From Planctomycetota bacterium (GTDB lineage Bacteria > Planctomycetota > JAJSAM01 > JAJVHW01), in assembly GCA_965248445.1 (NCBI GenBank), contig CBDFJG010000004.1, positions 1,120,001 to 1,184,000 on the forward strand: 64,000 nt of DNA. Direction: 5' to 3'. The notes beneath the pieces are model-generated. The model had not been told where the DNA came from. It did no database searches and was given only the letters and a program-made list of their open reading frames with translations. The position numbers and the translations under genes are program-made. Below are positions 57,540-64,000 of this stretch, in pieces; within the stretch, counting starts at the first letter, position 1, and each line of letters opens with the position of its first letter.

Positions 57540-58256
57540 TCAGCCCCGGCGGAGCCTCAGCGCGGCGACCATCGCCGCCGCAGCCTGCACGTTGTAGGAC
57601 GGGATGAACCCGCGCACGGGCAGCCGCACGACGCGGTCGGAGATTCTCAGCGTCGCATCCGGCAGGCCGTCCCGCTCGCCACCGAGCACGATCAGAGCAT
57701 GGCTGGGGAGCGGTTCCGCATCCGCGAGTTCCTCGCCCCCCGTCTCGACCGCCACGACGGCGCGGTCCGCGGCGCGCGCCGCGGCGATCACGCGCTCACC
57801 TGTCTGCCACAGGACGGGGTACAGGCGGTCCGCCCGCATGGAGGCGCGGAGTGCGGCACGCCGCCCTGCTGGAGGCAGGTCGGTGTCGATGGCGACGCCG
57901 GCCGCACCCGCCACCTCGAGGGTCCGCACGGCGCACCCGATGTTGCCCGGATACGCGAGGCCGGAGAGGAGCCACACGTCGCCCGCACGACGCATCAACT
58001 CGTGAAGAGAGGCCTGCGGCGGTGCGCCCGCGACGGACAACACGCGCGCCGGCGCACGGGAGTCCCCCGAGAAGCGTCGCAGCACGGCGTCGCTCACCCG
58101 CTTGACCGGGATCTTCAGCTCCACAGCCGTCTGCAGCGCCTGAGGCTCCGCATCGACGAGGTCGCCCCGGTGCACCATCACGAGCCCTACCGGCCGGCCG
58201 GCGGCGAGAGCCGCCGACAACGCGTCCGCACCCTCCAGTCGCTCCCGCCCGGTCAT
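57540..58256 (-). CDS. TrmH/SpoU family RNA methyltransferase
   Basis: YPGNIG..VRT, LIVLGGERDGL, RLP...PSYNVQAA (SPOUT knot). Confidence 0.85.
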   Translation of the reverse strand: MTGRERLEGADALSAALAAGRPVGLVMVHRGDLVDAEPQALQTAVELKIPVKRVSDAVLRRFSGDSRAPARVLSVAGAPPQASLHELMRRAGDVWLLSGLAYPGNIGCAVRTLEVAGAAGVAIDTDLPPAGRRAALRASMRADRLYPVLWQTGERVIAAARAADRAVVAVETGGEELADAEPLPSHALIVLGGERDGLPDATLRISDRVVRLPVRGFIPSYNVQAAAAMVAALRLRRG

Positions 58257-58324
58257 GGCGCTGGACGGTACCGCCCCCGATCGCTCTCCGAACATGAACG
58301 AAACGTGAATAGACTGTGACCAGG

Positions 58325-58948
58325 GTGAGCGCTTCGACTTCGGCCGTGGCATTTGGCGGCGTTCCTGCGACGCGGGAGACGCCGATCCGGGCTCCCCGCA
58401 ACTTCACGAAAGCCTCGGTGGTCCGCGTTGTGGAACGCGACCGGGTGCTCGCGGTGAAGACCGTGCGCGGCCGCTCGAGATCCGTAGGCACCGTCATCGC
58501 CCGGTTCCTCCTGCGCCGCGAGGCGCGGGCTCTCGCGCGGCTGCAGCATCTCGATTGCGTGCCCCGCCTCGAGCGTGCGGACGCCAATGAAATCGTGACG
58601 CCGTGGTTCGACGGAGAGACGGTTCGCGCGCGCGCACGTCGGGGCATCACCCCACGCGAGGCCGACTCCGTGCGGGCGGCCATCGCCAAGTTGCACGCGG
58701 CGGGTTTCGCGCACGGCGATCTGAGTCCCCGGGACGTGCTGGTCGGCGAGCGCGGCGCGCTCCTCGTGGACTTCGCCACGTCAATCGGACCGAGCGCCCC
58801 TCCGCTTCTCGGCCGCGTGCTCGCCCGGTTGCTGAGGGCGCGCGACCGGCGCCGCGTCGCCAGGATCACACGGCGCGCGCTCAAGCGATGGCGTGACCAT
58901 CAGCTTCTTCTCGCCGCACTCAGCCGGGACGTTCCCCTGTCTTCGTGA
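58325..58948 (+). CDS. RIO/Kdo-kinase-like phosphotransferase
   Basis: AVK, REARAL, HGDLSPRD (Asn normally at last position), LVDFA; open frame starts at 58316. Confidence 0.7.
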   Translation: MSASTSAVAFGGVPATRETPIRAPRNFTKASVVRVVERDRVLAVKTVRGRSRSVGTVIARFLLRREARALARLQHLDCVPRLERADANEIVTPWFDGETVRARARRGITPREADSVRAAIAKLHAAGFAHGDLSPRDVLVGERGALLVDFATSIGPSAPPLLGRVLARLLRARDRRRVARITRRALKRWRDHQLLLAALSRDVPLSS

Positions 58949-59220
58949 GCAGCGACGAAACCGATCTCGACGAGCACGCACTCCGCGCCACGATGCGGCA
59001 TGCCGGCCGCACGTACGGTGTGATCGCCTATCCGAGCGGCAGCAGTTCGCTCGACGTCGACGGCACGTTCATCTGCAAGGCCGACTGGAACGGGCGCGTG
59101 CTGGACACGGGGCTGAACGAGGTGCACCGCAACCGCGACGACTCCGATGCCATCCTCACGGAACTGGCGGATGGGCTACGCCGCCTGTCGCCGCCGAGCG
59201 ACGAAGAAGACGACGACTGA
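58945..59220 (+). CDS. Small acidic hypothetical protein
   Basis: 91 aa; GTG overlaps kinase stop; typical codon usage. Confidence 0.6.
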   Translation: MSSDETDLDEHALRATMRHAGRTYGVIAYPSGSSSLDVDGTFICKADWNGRVLDTGLNEVHRNRDDSDAILTELADGLRRLSPPSDEEDDD

Positions 59221-59691
59221 TCAGCGGACGTTCGCGACGTCGCGCAGCGCGCCGACGACGTGACCGCCCCACCGCTTGACCGGCTCGAACAGCGACGCGT
59301 CGAACAGCAGCGCGACGCTCCCGTCGCGGTAGCGAACAGTCCAGTCACGCTGCAGAGCCACGACGGGTCTGCGTCCCTGCTCCGCACGCCACACGAGCGA
59401 GACCCCCTCCCCCTCGACCACTTCCCTCGCCACCGGCGTGGGCGCAACCGTGCCTCAGAAGAACCTCAGCTGCTCCGGCGGCCCCCACGGACCGGGTATC
59501 CACTCCCACTCCGACCACGGCTGCCCTACGACACCCGGCAGTTCCGTCGTGACGCTGAATTCCATCGACGACGTTCGCTCCGGCCATGCCGTCGCAGCCG
59601 TCAGCGCGAGCAGCGCGAAGACCGCGACCGGCGTGCGCGTGCCGAACGCGAAGCGGCGGGGCCGGCGGGGTGGAGGAGCCTCAGGCGTCAT
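59221..59691 (-). pseudogene. PRRP-TM-TAWP family membrane protein with in-frame TGA at 59455-59457
   Basis: ATG overlaps upstream stop; ORFs 59455..59994 and 59221..59433 share one frame; similarity to 59688..60209 appears to continue past the TGA. Confidence 0.6.
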
Positions 59692-60209
59692 CGTCGTGCC
59701 GCCATGCTCTCGTGGTATCGAGCTGCATTCATTCCGCGCAAGCGGGGAGCGGTGCGCCACTGTTCGAGGATCTCGTCGAAGGTCAGGCTCCTCCTCGGAA
59801 ACGGGAGGGCCACCGTAGCGACTCGTTCGCACACGAAGTCCGCGCGCTCGATCCGGCACACAATTGCCCAGTTCGCCTCGCGCGACAGCCTGGTGCTGAC
59901 GCGCGCGTCCGGGAAGACGACCAAACGTTCCAGTCCGGTCGGCTCCGCGCGAGACGGACCCAGCGAGCAGTCGGTAACGAACAGCCACTCCCACTCCCGC
60001 GAGTGCGTCCCCCAGTACTCGAGGAAGTCCACGGGCTGCGCCAGTGTCACGGGGAGTTCGGCAATCGTCTCAATGCGCCAACCCATCCCTCTCTGCCGCT
60101 CCGGCCATGCGGTGAAGGCGATCATCAGGATCACGACCCCGGCGAAATACGGAGCGCCGAGAACCGCGCGTGACATGCGGCGCGGCCGGCGCGGGGGCAG
60201 TTCGTCCAT
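59688..60209 (-). CDS. PRRP-TM-TAWP family hypothetical membrane protein
   Basis: MDELPPRRPRR...TM...AFTAWPER; TACGAT 6 nt upstream. Confidence 0.7.
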   Translation of the reverse strand: MDELPPRRPRRMSRAVLGAPYFAGVVILMIAFTAWPERQRGMGWRIETIAELPVTLAQPVDFLEYWGTHSREWEWLFVTDCSLGPSRAEPTGLERLVVFPDARVSTRLSREANWAIVCRIERADFVCERVATVALPFPRRSLTFDEILEQWRTAPRLRGMNAARYHESMAARR

Positions 60210-60276
60210 ACGCTCATCGTAACGGAGAGCCCGCTGCCCGATTCAAATCACGGGGCCGGTTCAAGCCGGCGGCCGT

Positions 60277-60933
60277 TCAGGCCAGGTGGCCGGCGTCGTT
60301 CCACCGGACGAGTTGCGGGCCGGTGTCCGCCAAGGCGAACTCGGAAACAGAGGTGTTCCGGCCGGAGTGCAAGCGTCCCGCGAGGGCGTCCGGAATGTCG
60401 AGCAGGTACACCGCGATCGTGCGCACCACGCCTCCGTGGGCGACGATCAGCAGCGTGCCGTCCGGCGCGCGCGGCAGCGCGTCCGCCAGTGCAGCGGCGA
60501 CGCGCGCTCGCAACTCCGCGAGAGTCTCCGCGCCACCGCGCGGAGGATCCTCCCCGCGCTCGATGCGGCCGCCGAGGCCGGGGTCCTCGCCCCGGATGTC
60601 CGCGAGCATCCGGCCGGACCACGTGCCGACGTCGATCTCCCGCAGCCGCTCGTCGAACACGATGTCGAGGCCGCGGTCTGCCGCCACGATCTCGGCAGTC
60701 TCCCGCGCCCGCAGCAGGTCGCTCGACACGAGCGCGTCGATCTGCTCGCCCGCGAGTCCCGCCGCCAGCGCGTGCGCCTGTTCGCGGCCGACGTCGTCGA
60801 GCGGCACGTCGGCCTGTCCCTGGAAGCGGCGCGTGGCGTTCCACTCCGTGCGGCCGTGGCGCGCGAGGAGCAAGCGTTGCGCGCGGGGCCCGTCCGGCCA
60901 CCCGCCCCAACTCCGGCCCCAGAGAACGCCCAT
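60277..60933 (-). CDS. Histidine phosphatase family protein (GpmB/CobC-like)
   Basis: LARHGRTEWN...FQGQADVPL, SSDLLRA, LREIDVG.W, VAHGG. Confidence 0.9.
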   Translation of the reverse strand: MGVLWGRSWGGWPDGPRAQRLLLARHGRTEWNATRRFQGQADVPLDDVGREQAHALAAGLAGEQIDALVSSDLLRARETAEIVAADRGLDIVFDERLREIDVGTWSGRMLADIRGEDPGLGGRIERGEDPPRGGAETLAELRARVAAALADALPRAPDGTLLIVAHGGVVRTIAVYLLDIPDALAGRLHSGRNTSVSEFALADTGPQLVRWNDAGHLA

Positions 60934-60952
60934 GCCTACGACCGCCCCATGC

Positions 60953-61627
60953 CTACGAACGGCGCGCCGCGCGGCACTCGTCCTGCAACTGACGCACGAA
61001 CTCCCGGAGGTCGTCGCCAGGACACGCCGTGCCGGGCAGGTCGTACTCCGCCTTGATGCGGCTGTGCGTGTAGATGTCGTCGGGCAGGATCCCGTGCAGA
61101 TCCACCAGCCAGTGCACCAGCCCTGCGAGCGCCGCGCGCTGCGTGTGCGGCACCGGCTGCAGGTCGAAGTTGCCCATCAGCGAAACGCCCACGTTGTTCC
61201 GGTTCGACGCCCCGTTGCCGGCGTGTGCGCCCTGCCACGCAATCGGGCGGCCCGTCCAGACGCGGCCGCTCGGATCGATCACGAAGTGGTAGCCGATGTC
61301 CGCCCAGCCCCGTCCCTTCACGTGCGCGTTCTGGTAGCTGCGCATGCGGCGTGCGGCGTCGTCGATCGTGCCCGCTACCGCGGGCCGCGGTTCGCCGGTG
61401 TGGTGCACCGTCAGCCGCGAGATGCCGTTCATCGGCGACGCGTTGCTCTCGTCGAGCGGAACGGCTCCCCACCGTGCTCGCTGGAACACCTGAGGTCGCG
61501 GAGCCTGCCGAGTCGCGGGCGTCAGCGGCGCCGGTTGTGGCTCGGACCGTCGCGTGCGCGAGTCCGACGCACACGCCGTCGCGAGGACCGCAGCGATCAC
61601 GAGCAGCAGGAGTGGTGGCGAGCGCAC
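60953..61627 (-). CDS. N-acetylmuramoyl-L-alanine amidase (Amidase_2/PGRP-like) lipoprotein
   Basis: ATAC lipobox; TVHHTG, GWADIGYHFVI, GAHA, GNFD, TACPG. Confidence 0.9.
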   Translation of the reverse strand: MRSPPLLLLVIAAVLATACASDSRTRRSEPQPAPLTPATRQAPRPQVFQRARWGAVPLDESNASPMNGISRLTVHHTGEPRPAVAGTIDDAARRMRSYQNAHVKGRGWADIGYHFVIDPSGRVWTGRPIAWQGAHAGNGASNRNNVGVSLMGNFDLQPVPHTQRAALAGLVHWLVDLHGILPDDIYTHSRIKAEYDLPGTACPGDDLREFVRQLQDECRAARRS

Positions 61628-61655
61628 GGAGCGGACAGGGTAGCCACTACCGGGG

Positions 61656-62039
61656 TCAGAGCCGCTCGGCCTCGCAACCGTAGTCGATGAAGCGGATACC
61701 GACCCACCAGTCCGTCAGCCATCGCGCCGTGGGCCGGGCCCGTGCCTCCTGCCAACTCGCGCGCAGTTGCTCCGCCGACAACTCGAGAAGAGGCACGCTC
61801 GGCACGGCGACGGACGCCTGTCGCGCGAAGAACGCGTACCCGCCGCCGCAGCGCGAGACAGCGACGACCGGCGACCGCGGCGCCGGTCCCGCGGCATCGA
61901 CGCGGTAGTACTCGAGCGCCCGTGTCGACGGCCACGCCGTGAGACCGACGAGCCCCGCGCACAGCGTCACTCGCAGCAGCATCGCTACGGGCGCGGTCCG
62001 CGCCGGCCGGCGGGGCGGCGTCGTACGAGTGGTGTCCAC
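61656..62039 (-). CDS. PRRP-TM-TAWP family hypothetical membrane protein
   Basis: 3' part of ORF 61656..62828 from GTG 62039: TTPPRRPAR...TM...LTAWPSTR. Confidence 0.55.
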   Translation of the reverse strand: MDTTRTTPPRRPARTAPVAMLLRVTLCAGLVGLTAWPSTRALEYYRVDAAGPAPRSPVVAVSRCGGGYAFFARQASVAVPSVPLLELSAEQLRASWQEARARPTARWLTDWWVGIRFIDYGCEAERL

Positions 62040-62075
62040 ATCCTCACAAACGGGCGGGCCGTCTAGACTGGGAAC

Positions 62076-62495
62076 GTGGATCCCAGGCGCCCCCGCCGAT
62101 TCGGCCCGGTCGCGAGCGCGCTTGCTCTCGCACGCGCAGGCGGGGTTCTCGCCGTCGTCGCGCTGGCGGCGGCGCCTGTCGCCACGTCGGTCACGTCGTA
62201 CGCGGACGACCCGAACATCTCGGCGATCTGCTTCCTGCCGTCCGACGCAGTCCCGGGCGGACACCCCGAGTTCAAGAGCGTGCCGTCCTTTCTCTCCCCG
62301 ACCGACGACGCGGTGCCCGACCGGCTGGGAGACTGGATCCAGACCGAGTGCTACGTCGTGCGGCAGAACGTGGACCTGCCCCACCTGGGGCGAGCCTGGC
62401 GACGCATCCACGGCGGGCCTGAGCTCGCGACGGTGGTGTGGTTCACTCGCCAGGACACGTTGCTCAACGTGCAGTTCGACTTGCCGATCGAGTAG
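62076..62495 (+). CDS. Hypothetical exported protein
   Basis: Signal-like N-terminus; TAGACT 6 nt upstream of GTG. Confidence 0.65.
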   Translation: MDPRRPRRFGPVASALALARAGGVLAVVALAAAPVATSVTSYADDPNISAICFLPSDAVPGGHPEFKSVPSFLSPTDDAVPDRLGDWIQTECYVVRQNVDLPHLGRAWRRIHGGPELATVVWFTRQDTLLNVQFDLPIE

Positions 62496-62578
62496 GGCGA
62501 GAGGCCAGGAGCCGCCTGCGGAGTTTCCCCGCCCGCGCTGGGACGCCCGTACCGTCGCTCCGCGGTAGCCTCCTCTCG

Positions 62579-63732
62579 ATGAGTCGGAGCCATCCCGAGG
62601 GAGCCCCGCCGACGCTGCGTCGGCTGACATCGATACGGGGAGCGACTCGTCCGCCGGCGGCCCCACGAGTTCGCGCGGGCGCCGCCTCGTGGCGGTCCTG
62701 CTCGGGATGCTGCTCGCGCTCGTCGTCTCCGAGGGACTGCTGCGTGTGCTGGTCGCGACCGAGATCATGCCGCCGGACAAGGGCTTCGGTGGCTTCGTCC
62801 ACCAGCTCGAGAACGCGCAGAACTTCAACTACGACTTCGTGCAGAACTACACCGCCGCCGCGTTCGGTGGACCCGCACCAGGTCTGTTCCGGCGCAGCGA
62901 AGACACCGTGCTCGGCTGGGAGCCTGTGCCCGGCATGACCGCCGGACACATCCGAATCAACGCCGGGGGATTCCGCGGTCCCGAGTACGCGATGGAGCGC
63001 CCAAGTGGTCGCCGAAGAGTCGCACTGCTGGGTGACTCCGAGGTGTTCGGCATGCGGCTGGCAGAACACCAGACGCTCTCCGGTGCAATCGAGTCGCAGT
63101 TGAACGAGCAAGGCGGCGGAGAGTCGTTCGAGGTCCTGAACTTCGGGGTGCCGGCGTACAACACCGTGCAGGAGCTTGCTCTGCTCGAGTCCAAGGTCCT
63201 CCAGTACGAACCGGACGCCGTCGTGGTCTGCTACTGCTTCAACGACCCGGAGATCTCGACACGCGGTGTGCTGGTTGGCTCCGGTCCGCTTTCGCGTACG
63301 TATCTCGGGTTGTTCGCCGCCTACTGGCACGGCTCGATCGAGGCCCTCGAAGAGATGCGCGGAGCGAGCGGCGACATCGTCGACTACTACCGCCGCCTGC
63401 ACGAGTCCGCGTACTTCGAACCGACGAAGTCGGCCATCCGCCGCATGGGTGACACCCTGGCGGAGCGCGACGTCCCGTTGTTCGTGTTGATCGGCACCGA
63501 ACTCGCCGGCTACGAGGACTTGCGGGACGGCTATCCGTACGACGAGATCCATGCCTCATTGGCCGAACTCGCTTCGGACCGCATCACCGTCGTCGATCCC
63601 AAGCCGCAACTGACCGCGGAGAGCGCCGACCCGCGTGGCTTCTAGGTCACGCAGCACGACACGCACAAGAACGAGCGAGCGAACCGGATCATGGCCGCCG
63701 TTCTCTGCGAGAGCCTCCTGAACGGGCGATGA
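62579..63732 (+). pseudogene. SGNH/GDSL hydrolase interrupted by in-frame TAG (63643) and a probable 1-nt frameshift near 62604
   Basis: IRINAGGFRG, LLGDSEVFG, LNFGVPAYN, FND in ORF 62689..63645; catalytic DTH lies after the TAG in the same frame, ending at TGA 63732. Confidence 0.78.
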
Positions 63733-63790
63733 AGCCCACCAACGCTCCACCAACCCAACAACGCAGGACGGGCGCGGCTACGATGACCCC

Positions 63791-64000
63791 ATGAGAGGAC
63801 CAAGACTCATCGCGTCCGGCTTCGCCCTGCTCCTCGGGCTCTCACTCTCCATGGCGCTGGCCGGTGAGATCGTCACGACCGGCGCGACGATCGAGAGCGG
63901 TAGTCCCGGCGCGCCTGGTCTCGTCATCATCGATCCCGACGCGCCGAGCGCCGCGGCAGCCGGGCTCCCGACACCGCCGCCCATGGGCGGCCTCGGCGAT
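63791..64000 (+). CDS. Hypothetical exported protein, truncated by window edge
   Basis: MRGPRLIASGFALLLGLSLSMALAG signal peptide; TACGAT 6 nt upstream; frame open to the end. Confidence 0.6.
   Translation, partial: MRGPRLIASGFALLLGLSLSMALAGEIVTTGATIESGSPGAPGLVIIDPDAPSAAAAGLPTPPPMGGLGD

Noticed and set aside
59455..63645. Selenocysteine or pyrrolysine recoding, or an alternative genetic code
   Set aside because: TGA and TAG both end many ordinary genes here, RF2 is intact, neither site is in a redox/Cys context, and both are one base from TGG.
132..63984. Many long overlapping ORFs (e.g. 214..2271, 10397..12850, 16712..18589, 30312..32648, 60170..61690)
   Set aside because: Shadow frames of recognisable genes in high-GC DNA; Arg/Pro/Ala-rich with no motifs.
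1..64000. tRNA, rRNA, IS elements, prophage, defence systems
   Set aside because: No cloverleaf or rRNA motifs and no transposase, integrase, phage or defence proteins recognised by eye; a tRNAscan/Infernal run would be needed to exclude small RNAs.

Overview
Very GC-rich bacterial chromosomal segment. The gene content (prenyltransferase/squalene-cyclase-repeat proteins, HEAT+vWA proteins, a giant carboxypeptidase-regulatory-like repeat protein, a HAL2-type nucleotidase) suggests Planctomycetota; this is inference. About 55 genes are supported. Housekeeping genes are mfd, surA-like, rnc, gltA, purH, prfB (with the canonical +1 frameshift), rsmE, gmhA and a TrmH-type methyltransferase, mixed with envelope, secreted and hypothetical proteins. 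I saw no rRNA, tRNA, CRISPR array, integrase or transposase. Main observations: (1) two divergent minor-pilin (PilV/W/X-like) cassettes, each coupled to a HEAT-repeat gene, with outward-facing sigma28-like promoter motifs; (2) an 80-bp duplicate of a SagB-type gene's 3' end that differs only at synonymous sites and brackets one of two paralogous orphan lipoprotein-like genes; (3) an RNase III with a long Arg-rich disordered extension and an apparent SD-preceded ATC start; (4) many TAnnnT boxes 6-7 nt before start codons, implying leaderless transcription; (5) recurrent short tandem echoes of gene ends; (6) a three-member orphan PRRP-TM-TAWP protein family. Several single-base lesions, some in conserved motifs of core genes, suggest the assembly may contain base errors, so pseudogene calls are provisional.
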